IMG/VR virus record: IMGVR_UViG_3300008110_010375
Length of the DNA: 64,000 bases
Source of the DNA: a virus
Direction: 5' to 3' (one strand)
Shown here: positions 47,066-55,723 of the stretch, in pieces
Position numbering within the stretch: the stretch's first letter is position 1
How the letters are laid out: each line of letters begins with the position of its first letter
Made by a program: the position numbers and the translations under genes
Notes under the pieces: generated by a model
What the model was told of the DNA's origin: nothing
Seen by the model: only the letters and a program-made list of their open reading frames with translations
Database searches by the model: none

Positions 47066-48139
47066 ATGCTGAAGGTGCATCAGGAGTGGGATCCTCTTAA
47101 AGTATGTGTGGTAGGTAAGAACTATCCGCCCGAGTTCTACTCGTTCATGAAGAACGCAAAGATGCGCGATCTCTTTGAGAAGATCGCGCGCGAGACTGAA
47201 GAAGACTACCAATCGCTCATCAAGATCTTAAAGTCGTTCAACGTCGAGGTGCTTCGTCCCGACGTACCGGACGTCGTCCCGCAGGAGTACATCGATCAGA
47301 ACCTACCGATCCCAGCGCCGGTGAGCTCTATCCCGCGCGACCAGATGATCATGATCGGTGAGACGTTCTTTCTCTTCCCGTACTTCAGGGTGAACCAGAA
47401 AGTAAACTGGCGATACGAAGACCAGCGCCAGTTTAAGAACTTCGATGTATGCTGGCAGGGAATCCTTGACTACGTCGCTTCCAAGGGAAACAAAGTCGTC
47501 AACAAGCAGGATGACGAGGACTTAGCGTGGATCAAGGTCAACGGCATCTATAGGATAGGCAAGGACCTGTTCTTTGGATCGAAGGGTGAAATGTCGGACT
47601 GGAGGGTGCTCGACGCGATCGACATAATGAAGAACACATATCTCCAAGACTATACGACGCATGCAGTTACAACAGGCGGACACATCGATGGTGTATTTAG
47701 TCCTCTCAACCCAGGACTGATATTCAGCGCATACGACGCGGAGACATACGAACACACGTTCCCCGACTGGGAGGTGGTGTACTTTGAGCAGAACCGGATG
47801 AACGCCCTTGGCGAGTGGATGTATCTAAAGGAGAAGAACAACGGTAAGTGGTTCATTCCCGGTGTCGCCGACGACGATGAGATAATAGAGTACGTTGAGC
47901 ACTGGCTTCAAGACTGGCTGGGATACGTCGAGGAGACGATCTTTGACGTGAACGTCTTAATGATCGATCCAAAGAACGTCGTGGTTTCATCCTACAACGA
48001 GAAAGCTTTCAAAGCCCTTGAAAGACATGGGATCACGCCCCACATATCCCCTATGAGACACCGGTTCTTCTGGGACGGGGGAGCGCACTGTATAACCGCT
48101 GAGCTCCATCGCGAGGGCGAGAGGAAGACTTTCTTCTGA
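47066..48139 (+). CDS. amidinotransferase (pentein) family protein
   Basis: EWDPLK...VG, PRD, GHIDG, DGGAHC. Confidence 0.85.
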   Translation: MLKVHQEWDPLKVCVVGKNYPPEFYSFMKNAKMRDLFEKIARETEEDYQSLIKILKSFNVEVLRPDVPDVVPQEYIDQNLPIPAPVSSIPRDQMIMIGETFFLFPYFRVNQKVNWRYEDQRQFKNFDVCWQGILDYVASKGNKVVNKQDDEDLAWIKVNGIYRIGKDLFFGSKGEMSDWRVLDAIDIMKNTYLQDYTTHAVTTGGHIDGVFSPLNPGLIFSAYDAETYEHTFPDWEVVYFEQNRMNALGEWMYLKEKNNGKWFIPGVADDDEIIEYVEHWLQDWLGYVEETIFDVNVLMIDPKNVVVSSYNEKAFKALERHGITPHISPMRHRFFWDGGAHCITAELHREGERKTFF

Positions 48140-48148
48140 TCTTTTCTA

Positions 48149-48188
48149 TTGACAATTCTATGTAAATAGTGTAGGATCTAGATAATGG
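48149..48188 (+). promoter_or_regulatory. early promoter copy 2
   Basis: TTGACA-17-TAGGAT-CTAGATAATGG. Confidence 0.85.
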
Positions 48189-48201
48189 ATTGGAGAACGA
48201 C

Positions 48202-48492
48202 ATGATCAAGAATGCGCTCGTGGCTGTCGCGTTACTGGCCGGAACCGCGTCAGCCCAAGCCGACGGGTACTTCCCTAGGCATGGACACCATCACCAGCAC
48301 TTTCGCCACAACAACGGGGGTGGAGACGCCGGTGCCGCCCTCATAGGAGGCCTGATCGGAGGCATGATCTTGAACCAGATGATGCAGCCCCCTCGTCCCC
48401 ACTACTACCAGCCTATGTGCCAGACGGTCTTCTTGGGACGGGTCTGGAACGGGTACACTTGGGTCGAGCAGTACCAGCGGATATGTGACTGA
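48202..48492 (+). CDS. exported His-rich glycine-zipper protein
   Basis: signal peptide ending ASAQA, HGHHHQH, GAALIGGLIGG. Confidence 0.7.
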   Translation: MIKNALVAVALLAGTASAQADGYFPRHGHHHQHFRHNNGGGDAGAALIGGLIGGMILNQMMQPPRPHYYQPMCQTVFLGRVWNGYTWVEQYQRICD

Positions 48493-48500
48493 AAAAACCT

Positions 48501-48573
48501 AATCTTTTCAACCACTTAGAAAAACTGAATCTTTTCAATGGCTTAGGAACCTCCCTCCTAAGCCATTGTTTTT
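48501..48573. repeat. direct and inverted repeats of AATCTTTTCAAnnnCTTAG; 13-bp hairpin, possible terminator and IHF-like sites
   Basis: copies at 48501-48519 and 48528-48546, inverted partial copy at 48556-48568, another inverted copy at 29534-29552. Confidence 0.7.
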
Positions 48574-48611
48574 ATTACATAATTTTTTTTCTTATTCCTA
48601 TCACTTTTTTA

Positions 48612-48651
48612 TTGACATTTCTGTAGAACTTTGATAAGATCTAGATAATGG
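48612..48651 (+). promoter_or_regulatory. early promoter copy 3
   Basis: TTGACA-17-TAAGAT-CTAGATAATGG. Confidence 0.85.
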
Positions 48652-48875
48652 CAAAAGGGAATAGAGACATGGACATAGCACAAGCCTCTCAGATCATAGA
48701 CAAAGTTCGCGCCGAGAACGGCTTCGGTCTCCTTGAGATGTTGGAGATCATGACCGACGAGTATCATTCGGGTGGTCTCGGATACTTCCGTGAAACATAC
48801 ACTCACGAAGAACGTACGGCCTATCTCATTCTTATGAACGGCTTTCGTGAATTCTTTGGTGAAAATAACGGTTGA
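48648..48875 (+). CDS. hypothetical early protein
   Basis: ORF starts at the promoter-motif ATG (alternative start 48669). Confidence 0.6.
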   Translation: MAKGNRDMDIAQASQIIDKVRAENGFGLLEMLEIMTDEYHSGGLGYFRETYTHEERTAYLILMNGFREFFGENNG

Positions 48876-48911
48876 CATTCTTATCAAAATAGTATAAGAT
48901 CTAGATAATGG
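48872..48911 (+). promoter_or_regulatory. early promoter copy 4
   Basis: TTGACA-17-TAAGAT-CTAGATAATGG. Confidence 0.85.
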
Positions 48912-48933
48912 CAATTGAAAAGGAACCTAGACT

Positions 48934-49206
48934 ATGAAGAAAGACTTCGCCTCTGCGATCTCGTACATCCTCACTTCAGCTTCAAACGACGAGTTGAACT
49001 CGATCTATGAAGCCATTGTCAATCGTCGTCAGTCACTGTCGCGCACCGCCCGTGTCAAGTTCATGTCGGGCGACAAAGTGAAGTTCTCAGCGCGCGGTGT
49101 CGACTACTCGGGCGTCATCAAAGACGTCAAGATCAAGAAAGCTTCGGTCAAGATGACGAACGGTCAAACGTACTTGGTCCCCCTCAACATGTTGGAGGCA
49201 GCATGA
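48934..49206 (+). CDS. hypothetical early protein, possible SH3/KOW-like C-terminus
   Basis: F..GDKVKF...G.I..VK.KKA.V. Confidence 0.65.
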   Translation: MKKDFASAISYILTSASNDELNSIYEAIVNRRQSLSRTARVKFMSGDKVKFSARGVDYSGVIKDVKIKKASVKMTNGQTYLVPLNMLEAA

Positions 49207-49394
49207 AGTACTACGTCCTCACCTTCCACGCGGTCAAAAACGATGGATCATACGGACCCATGTACGGCAATCCAATGATCTTTGTCACCCGCGAAGACGC
49301 GATCGAGTATGGTCGTCATCGAGTAGACTATTCAAGAACCGACTTCAAAGTAAATGAAACTATCGTCACCAAACACGTAGTAGGAACAAAATAA
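49203..49394 (+). CDS. hypothetical protein
   Basis: GGAGG RBS; ATGA overlap with the upstream gene. Confidence 0.6.
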   Translation: MKYYVLTFHAVKNDGSYGPMYGNPMIFVTREDAIEYGRHRVDYSRTDFKVNETIVTKHVVGTK

Positions 49395-50272
49395 TGGCAC
49401 ACTTAGTAGAAACGATGGCATACGCAGGCGAGACACCATGGCACGGCTTAGGCGTCCCAGTACACAACGACCTCACTCCGGCCCAGATGCTTGAGAAAGC
49501 TGGACTCGATTGGACCGTCGAGAAGGTTCCAACGTTCTGTGAGTTCAAGGACGAGCTCATCCCAACGGACGACTACGCTTTGGTTCGCTCAAGCGACAGC
49601 AAGGTGTTGACGACGGTCTCGGGCGACTGGGAACCAATTCAGAACCACGAAGCTTTCGAGTTCTTCAACGACTTCGTCATGGCCGGCGACATGGAGATGC
49701 ACACAGCGGGCTCACTCGACGGCGGTCGAAGCGTCTGGGCTCTCGCTAAGATCAAGGAGTCTTGTGTCGACATTAGGTTCACAGGCATTCGAGTGGTGTG
49801 CAACAACACGCTCACAGTCGCTCTTAACGGCACCACCGACATGATGGTACGCCTGAACCACCGCAACAAGTTCGACGCCGAGTCGGTCAAGCACACGATG
49901 GGAATGGCCAGCAAACGGATGGGCACCTACGTAGATGTGGCTAAGTACCTCACGACCAAGCGCATCACCGACGACACGGTTAAGAACTACTTCCGGACCG
50001 TTTTCCCATCGATGGTCAAGGACGACACCGACTACCTCGATCGCCCGCTCTCGCGTCCGGCGTCGATGGCGCTCGAGGTTCTCGAAACCCAACCGGGGGC
50101 CGAGTACGGTACCGGAAGTTGGTGGCAGGCGTTCAACGCGGTAACATATACCACTGACCACCTGCTCGGACACTCGGCAGACTCACGGCTTAAGTCGGCT
50201 TGGTACGGACAGAATCGCCAGCGCAAGATCAAGGCGCTTGAAACAGCAGTGGAATTCGCGGACGCGGCTTAA
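49394..50272 (+). CDS. DUF932 (TIGR03299-like) phage/plasmid protein, probable internal in-frame deletion
   Basis: PWHGLG, AGLDW.V, TAGSL.GG..VW.LA, IRVVC.NTL, W.AFNAVT. Confidence 0.85.
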   Translation: MAHLVETMAYAGETPWHGLGVPVHNDLTPAQMLEKAGLDWTVEKVPTFCEFKDELIPTDDYALVRSSDSKVLTTVSGDWEPIQNHEAFEFFNDFVMAGDMEMHTAGSLDGGRSVWALAKIKESCVDIRFTGIRVVCNNTLTVALNGTTDMMVRLNHRNKFDAESVKHTMGMASKRMGTYVDVAKYLTTKRITDDTVKNYFRTVFPSMVKDDTDYLDRPLSRPASMALEVLETQPGAEYGTGSWWQAFNAVTYTTDHLLGHSADSRLKSAWYGQNRQRKIKALETAVEFADAA

Positions 50273-50280
50273 GCCGCGTC
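50261..50280. repeat. perfect 20-bp palindrome over the DUF932 stop codon
   Basis: GACGCGGCTTAAGCCGCGTC. Confidence 0.75.
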
Positions 50281-50287
50281 TCCCTCG

Positions 50288-50295
50288 TATAAATA
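50288..50295 (+). promoter_or_regulatory. T4-type late promoter
   Basis: TATAAATA. Confidence 0.65.
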
Positions 50296-50312
50296 GGAAC
50301 ATGGAGTGAACG

Positions 50313-50549
50313 ATGCCTAAAGTTACAGTAGAACTTGAATATGAACAGATCGACGCGATCACGCTCGGTGAACTCAAGTCTTCCTACGAGCAGCTCGTCA
50401 AAGACTGGGAAAACAACGTTCGAGTCTATGACGATCCCGACGATCACTGGAATCTGATGGTCGGCTTCGAGAAAGTGATCCAGTACTTCATGGTGCACAG
50501 TGAGTTCAACGACTACATGGCATCCTTCCCCCTCCGCAAAAGGGATTAA
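50313..50549 (+). CDS. hypothetical protein
   Basis: ORF with GGAG RBS. Confidence 0.6.
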   Translation: MPKVTVELEYEQIDAITLGELKSSYEQLVKDWENNVRVYDDPDDHWNLMVGFEKVIQYFMVHSEFNDYMASFPLRKRD

Positions 50550-51212
50550 ATGAAGCCAGTCGTTTCGGTCTACCACAATCACCCCTATTGTTCGACCGAC
50601 TCGGCTTTGGGCGTCGCCAACGCCCTGCAGGAAGAATTCGACGTCAAGTTCTTTACGAACGACGACTTCGACTTAGCTCTCGAGCGATCGGCCATGATCG
50701 TGTTCCCCGGAGGGTTGGGCGACGCCGATCAGTTCGATAAGATACTCGGCGACAAGAAAGAAAAAGTCAAAAGCTACGTTGCGAACGGTGGTAAGTACTT
50801 AGGCATCTGCATGGGTGCATACTGGGCAGACCACTGGTACTTCGACCTCCTACAAGATCTGGAGTGCAATCGCTTCATAAAGCAGACTAACAGCGAAACT
50901 ACCAGATCATACGGTACGGTCGTCGACGTGATTTGGTATGGTGTGAGTGAACCGTTGAAGATGTACTTCTACGACGGCTGTGTGATCGAGGGGACCGGCA
51001 GGTGTGAGATCGTGGCGAAGTACGCCTCAAATCACGGCTGGGCAGCGGTCATACAGGGAAACGTTGGTGTGATAGGAATGCATCCAGAATCGACCAAGCA
51101 CTGGTTCACTTACAAGACCCATAAGTACATGAAGGCCCTGTGGCATGAGGGACGGCAACACAACCTGCTCGCGGATGTGGTCGCCCGAATGATCAACGAC
51201 AGGGACTGCTAG
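50550..51212 (+). CDS. class I glutamine-amidotransferase-like protein (BPL_N type)
   Basis: VFPGG, GG.YLGICMGAY nucleophile elbow, HPE. Confidence 0.8.
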   Translation: MKPVVSVYHNHPYCSTDSALGVANALQEEFDVKFFTNDDFDLALERSAMIVFPGGLGDADQFDKILGDKKEKVKSYVANGGKYLGICMGAYWADHWYFDLLQDLECNRFIKQTNSETTRSYGTVVDVIWYGVSEPLKMYFYDGCVIEGTGRCEIVAKYASNHGWAAVIQGNVGVIGMHPESTKHWFTYKTHKYMKALWHEGRQHNLLADVVARMINDRDC

Positions 51213-51286
51213 GACGGGTAGCTTAAAGGTGAAGCCGGCCGCTCATAACGGTCTAAGTGTAGGTTCGAGTCCTACCCTGTCCACCA
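51212..51286 (+). tRNA. tRNA with CAT anticodon, probably tRNA-Ile2 (lysidine type); elongator Met not excluded
   Basis: GGACGGG/CCTGTCC acceptor stem, CTCATAA loop, GGTTCGAGTCC, encoded CCA. Confidence 0.88.
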
Positions 51287-51294
51287 TTTTTTTA

Positions 51295-51323
51295 TTGACA
51301 AACGTCGCACACTACGGTATAAT
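51295..51323 (+). promoter_or_regulatory. consensus sigma70 promoter
   Basis: TTGACA-17-TATAAT. Confidence 0.88.
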
Positions 51324-51355
51324 GGAATATATAGTCTACAACATGGAGATACCCT

Positions 51356-51553
51356 ATGTCTATCTACCCAGCATCCTACAAGTACGTCGTGGAGTTCGAG
51401 AAGTTCTTCACCAAGGGTAACCTGAAGTCCCTAACCATCAAGGATCGGTTGCACTTCGCCACCGAGCGGGACGCGAAGGACTGGGTCGACGCCGTCGGCA
51501 AGCTCAACAGGGACGGCAAGTTTTTCAACTTCAAAGTGAGGAGTGCAGCATGA
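51356..51553 (+). CDS. hypothetical protein
   Basis: GGAG RBS after the promoter. Confidence 0.6.
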   Translation: MSIYPASYKYVVEFEKFFTKGNLKSLTIKDRLHFATERDAKDWVDAVGKLNRDGKFFNFKVRSAA

Positions 51554-51735
51554 AGTTTCACGAGTACTTAACCTACGCCATCATCGCGTTCATCGTCGTA
51601 GATCTCATCTACAGGCTCTTCAGCCAAGACTGGGGCAACATCGGCCTGTCGATCACAGCCCTCATCGGTTGGTTCTACGTCCAAGGCTACGAGCGTCAGG
51701 AGCGCCTCGAGCGCGAAGCGAAGTTCACGCCTTAA
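51550..51735 (+). CDS. small membrane protein
   Basis: two hydrophobic segments; ATGA overlap. Confidence 0.6.
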   Translation: MKFHEYLTYAIIAFIVVDLIYRLFSQDWGNIGLSITALIGWFYVQGYERQERLEREAKFTP

Positions 51736-52778
51736 TGTATAAGTACGAAGACGTCAGGGTGGTTCACCTTGAGATAACCGGCAAGTGTCAAGCCGGCTGC
51801 TCGATGTGTTCAAGAAACGATGAGACCGACAGCGACATCCTTGTGGCTCCAACCACTGCTGAGCTGAGCTACGAAGACTGTGTCAAGATCTTTCCAAAGG
51901 ACCTGATCAAGCAGCTCAGCGGCATGTATATGTGCGGCAACTACGGCGATCCCATCATCGCCAAGGATACGCTTGAGGTGTTCGAGTACTTTAGGTATGC
52001 TAATCGCGACATGGAGCTGAATATGTACACCAACGGTGGGGCACGATCCCCGACGTGGTGGAAGGACTTGGCCGGAATACTTCAGCACGGAAAAGGAAGG
52101 GTCGTCTTCGCGGTCGATGGTCTTGAGGACACAAATCACATCTACAGGGAGAACGTTCGCTGGAACAACGTCATGTCGTCGGCGAAGGCCTTCATCGCCG
52201 CCGGCGGCGAAGCGCGATGGCACTACTTGGTTTTCAAACACAACGAGCATCAAGTTGAAGAAGCGAGGGAGCTGGCGAAGAAGATGGGATTCGCCTCCTT
52301 CGTCGTCAAGCGAACGAGCAGGTGGCAGGGTCAGACCACGTATAAGCACCTGTCTCAACCTGAGAAGAAGGAATACGTTCACCAAGTCAACAACATCAAG
52401 GCGCAGATCGTTAAGATCTACGGATCATTTGATAACTTTGTGAATAAAACGAGTATAAGTTGTAGGGTGCAGAAGGAGAGGGGCATCTACATAACGGCCG
52501 AGGGGCTCATGGTTCCCTGCTGCTGGCTCGGTGGATCCGCCATCTACGACGCCGATAAGCGCTCATACAAAGAGGGTGAACTGTTTCAACACATGGGCGG
52601 CGATAAAAGCAACATCAACGCTAAGGTTCACGGGATAAAGAAGATCTTAGAGGACGGCTTCTTCGATAAGATAGAGAAGTCGTGGAGCTCAGGCTCCACG
52701 ACCAATGGTAAGCTTAAGACCTGCGCGAAGGTGTGTTCCGTGGATCACGACAACTTCGGCGAGCAATTCATAAAATGA
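51735..52778 (+). CDS. radical SAM protein with C-terminal SPASM/Twitch-like domain
   Basis: CQAGCSMC, CGNYGDP, TNGG, C...IYITAEG..VPCC...CAKVC. Confidence 0.9.
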   Translation: MYKYEDVRVVHLEITGKCQAGCSMCSRNDETDSDILVAPTTAELSYEDCVKIFPKDLIKQLSGMYMCGNYGDPIIAKDTLEVFEYFRYANRDMELNMYTNGGARSPTWWKDLAGILQHGKGRVVFAVDGLEDTNHIYRENVRWNNVMSSAKAFIAAGGEARWHYLVFKHNEHQVEEARELAKKMGFASFVVKRTSRWQGQTTYKHLSQPEKKEYVHQVNNIKAQIVKIYGSFDNFVNKTSISCRVQKERGIYITAEGLMVPCCWLGGSAIYDADKRSYKEGELFQHMGGDKSNINAKVHGIKKILEDGFFDKIEKSWSSGSTTNGKLKTCAKVCSVDHDNFGEQFIK

Positions 52779-53108
52779 TCACTGTGAGTTGTTCGACGCG
52801 CTAACGTATGCGTTCGCGCCAAAGAACGTAGCGACGACACCAGCTTGGGCTATGTAGAACATCTGCAGGAGCGATCCAAGCGCGGCAACCTTCTCTATAG
52901 ACACCAACGGTGAGAACAGTATGCCGGTGAAGATCACCATGCTGCCCATAGCGACCCACGCCATCTGGCGAAGCTGGTCTTCCTTCTTGTCCTTATTCTC
53001 AAACTCAATCATGTGTTCCATCTTCTTCATCTCGTCGTCGGAAACCACTCCGTCGCCGTCCGCGTCGTACTGGTTGTACTTTGAGTTCTTCTCAAGCGAT
53101 TTAGCCAT
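52779..53108 (-). CDS. membrane protein with EF-hand-like loop (holin-like candidate)
   Basis: DADGDGVVSDDE followed by two hydrophobic segments. Confidence 0.6.
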   Translation of the reverse strand: MAKSLEKNSKYNQYDADGDGVVSDDEMKKMEHMIEFENKDKKEDQLRQMAWVAMGSMVIFTGILFSPLVSIEKVAALGSLLQMFYIAQAGVVATFFGANAYVSASNNSQ

Positions 53109-53112
53109 CAGT

Positions 53113-53397
53113 TCATCCCTTTGATTTTATCATTGACGTTAAGTTGTTGATCAACTCACCGCCGAAGCCTATCGATCCTGTGATCACTCCGGCGAACGCT
53201 AAAGCTATGACGATCATGGTCAAACATATCAGCCAGACGCTTGAGGTGCCAAGGTTGTCCTCGATCTCAATGATCTGATTCTTCAATATCTCGAGCTGCT
53301 CCTTAGGGTGTCCGTCGGCTTTATCGTAGTCCTGCAGCCATGGGTGCGCGGCGACTTCGTCGGACAACTTATCTGGAGACTTCCTTTTCTTCTTCAT
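53113..53397 (-). CDS. hypothetical membrane protein
   Basis: single hydrophobic segment. Confidence 0.55.
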   Translation of the reverse strand: MKKKRKSPDKLSDEVAAHPWLQDYDKADGHPKEQLEILKNQIIEIEDNLGTSSVWLICLTMIVIALAFAGVITGSIGFGGELINNLTSMIKSKG

Positions 53398-53828
53398 AGG
53401 AACTTAAACGCTAAGAATAAGCCGCTGCCGATGAAGACGATGAGAAAGACGATGGCGACGATGATCCAAACGGTTTCCCAGAACTCTTCCTTCCTGCGAG
53501 CCTCTTCCCTGCGCAGGCGCTCAGCTTCCTTCGCCGCTTCAACCTTCGCCTTGTAGTAGGCTTCACGTTGAGCCTTCGACATCTTCATTAGCGCGGCTTT
53601 TTCTTGCTCAGCTACGATCTCACGCATCGCCTGCTCGCGAAGCGCGTTGTTCATACGAACTACCTGATTGTTGATCTCGGTGACTTTGTTGCGAGCTGCG
53701 ACCTTGGAGTTGTTCTCAGCCTTGATTCGCTTTGAGTCGCGAACCGTATCGACGATTCCAAAGATTGAGTTGGTTAGACCCTTACCGATTGAGTTGCCGA
53801 ACTTCGCGGCTGACTTTGGATCCATCAT
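53394..53828 (-). CDS. coiled-coil protein with C-terminal membrane anchor
   Basis: charged helix then hydrophobic tail. Confidence 0.6.
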   Translation of the reverse strand: MMDPKSAAKFGNSIGKGLTNSIFGIVDTVRDSKRIKAENNSKVAARNKVTEINNQVVRMNNALREQAMREIVAEQEKAALMKMSKAQREAYYKAKVEAAKEAERLRREEARRKEEFWETVWIIVAIVFLIVFIGSGLFLAFKFL

Positions 53829-54006
53829 GATTCCGTTCCTTACTTTTATTCCAAATCATTCTGTATCTCTCTCAAGTCGCAGCCGAAGCTTCTCGGCTAT
53901 CTGTGATTTTTTTGTTAAAAAAACAAGCGCTCCAGACTTACTGTAGACGCTGAAGTAAACCTGCCCTGATGTGAATCTTCTTCTTACTATTAAATACATC
54001 GCATAG

Positions 54007-54014
54007 TATTTATA
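54007..54014 (-). promoter_or_regulatory. T4-type late promoter, reverse strand
   Basis: TATTTATA on the + strand, upstream of the three membrane genes. Confidence 0.55.
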
Positions 54015-54027
54015 AAGGTGAAACATA

Positions 54028-55212
54028 ATGGTGAACAGTTGGGACGAGTTTCAGCCGCTTCAGGAGTTGGTCCTCGGCAGCTTCTACGACAGGAGCTTCT
54101 TTGAGGATATACGAAACCCTAGGATCAGAGACGTGCTCGTACAGATCGCCGACGAGACGCAGGAAGACCTAGAGAACTTCAAAGAGAAGATGAAGTCACA
54201 CGGAGTCTCAGTTGTGCAGTACACGCCGGAGGAGCTCGGCTACAAGGAGAGCATCCTCGACTACGTCGACATATACGGCAGGCTGAGTCTCGAAGGATCA
54301 AACAAGCACAACTACCCGCTGAAAGCAAACATGCTTCCGGCGCCTCCGCTTGAGCCTCGAGACAACATCATAGTCATGGGAGATAAGATCTTCGTTAGCG
54401 ATCCAACGTACGCTTCTAAGAAGATATCTGAGAAGCTTAAGGAGACTTACGGCGTTGATAGCGTCGACGACTCACTCAGCGACGACAACACCAAGTTTCG
54501 TCGCGGTAGAGAAAACATACTATCTAGACTTAAGCGCACGATGGATCACGACGCCGTCGACCGCATGTCAGACGATGAGATCGATCGACACTCCGCAAGC
54601 ACCATGCTCACCGGCTTCTGCAGCCCTAACTTGACGCGCATAGGCTCAAAGTGCTTGGTCGATGTCGCTCAGACCGAGGACGCCGTACCATTTCTTGAGA
54701 AGAACTACCCTAAGTTCAAGTACGATAAGCTCAACCTAGGCGGACACAACGACAGCATCTTCGGCGTTCTAAAGCCGGGACTCGTCATCGCGTCTAAGTT
54801 CTTAGCCGAGTGCAAGCAGGAGAGCGTGTTTGAGAAGTGGAAGGTCATCTACTTCGACGATCCGGTATGGGACCGCGTCGGTAAGTTCAAGAAGCTGCGC
54901 AGGAAGAACCTAGGCAAGTGGTGGGTTCCCGATCAAGAGGACAACGACGACTTCACCTACTTCGTCGAGTACTTCCTTGAGAACTTAACCGGTCAAGTCG
55001 ATGAGACGGTGTTCGACGTAAACGTATTGGTTATCGACGACAAGCACGTCGTGGTCAACAGCGCGAGCAAGGAGCTGTTCAAGGTTCTACGGGAGAACGG
55101 CATGGAGCCGATCCACTGTCCGATAAGACACAGGTTCTTCTTCGACGGCGGATGGCACTGCTTGACGCTCGACACCATAAGGAAGGGGGAGCAGGTTGAT
55201 TACGGAATTTAA
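54028..55212 (+). CDS. second amidinotransferase (pentein) family protein
   Basis: NSWDEFQPL...LG, PRD, GHNDS, DGGWHC. Confidence 0.85.
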   Translation: MVNSWDEFQPLQELVLGSFYDRSFFEDIRNPRIRDVLVQIADETQEDLENFKEKMKSHGVSVVQYTPEELGYKESILDYVDIYGRLSLEGSNKHNYPLKANMLPAPPLEPRDNIIVMGDKIFVSDPTYASKKISEKLKETYGVDSVDDSLSDDNTKFRRGRENILSRLKRTMDHDAVDRMSDDEIDRHSASTMLTGFCSPNLTRIGSKCLVDVAQTEDAVPFLEKNYPKFKYDKLNLGGHNDSIFGVLKPGLVIASKFLAECKQESVFEKWKVIYFDDPVWDRVGKFKKLRRKNLGKWWVPDQEDNDDFTYFVEYFLENLTGQVDETVFDVNVLVIDDKHVVVNSASKELFKVLRENGMEPIHCPIRHRFFFDGGWHCLTLDTIRKGEQVDYGI

Positions 55213-55705
55213 GGAAGACGTTGAGAAGTGGATCGTCGACTGGGTCAGCGTATACAACGAGAACTTAAAGCACATCCCGTGCCCGTTCGCAAAGAAGGCC
55301 ATGCTCGACGGTCAGATCGAGTGGAGCTTCGTTGAGAGCATCGAGGAGCTGAAGGCACTGCTTCAAGAAGCATACTTCGACAAGGAAGTGTGGATGATCG
55401 GCTTCGATCCTGAGAAGATCGAAGCCGGTGGGCTCTCGGAGGAGGTGCATCGGTTCAACTCGGACTACATGCCGAAGGGAATCATAGCGCTCGAGGATCA
55501 CCCTCACGACAAGGAAGTCATACTCGGCGAACGGATGAACCAAGGAAAGTGGGGTTGGGTTGGCGTGCAGAGGCTCGCTAAGATCGACAGGGCGAGCCAG
55601 CAGCTCGCTAGAACGGGCTACTACGACCTATGGCCCGAAGAAACGTACGCCGACGTGGTCGCTTGGAGGCACGATGAGAAGCTCAGGAAGGTAGAATCTA
55701 GATAA
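55196..55705 (+). CDS. DUF1415-like protein
   Basis: PCPFAKKA, DHP, L...GYY..W. Confidence 0.5.
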   Translation: MITEFKEDVEKWIVDWVSVYNENLKHIPCPFAKKAMLDGQIEWSFVESIEELKALLQEAYFDKEVWMIGFDPEKIEAGGLSEEVHRFNSDYMPKGIIALEDHPHDKEVILGERMNQGKWGWVGVQRLAKIDRASQQLARTGYYDLWPEETYADVVAWRHDEKLRKVESR

Positions 55706-55723
55706 GAGCTATTCACTTTTGTA

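Noticed and set aside
51229-51420. ORF listed in the track
   Set aside because: It overlaps the tRNA and a consensus promoter.
55692-55705. TAGAAT-CTAGATAA as a fifth early promoter
   Set aside because: No TTGACA at the expected spacing and no ATGG after it; it lies at the end of a coding region.
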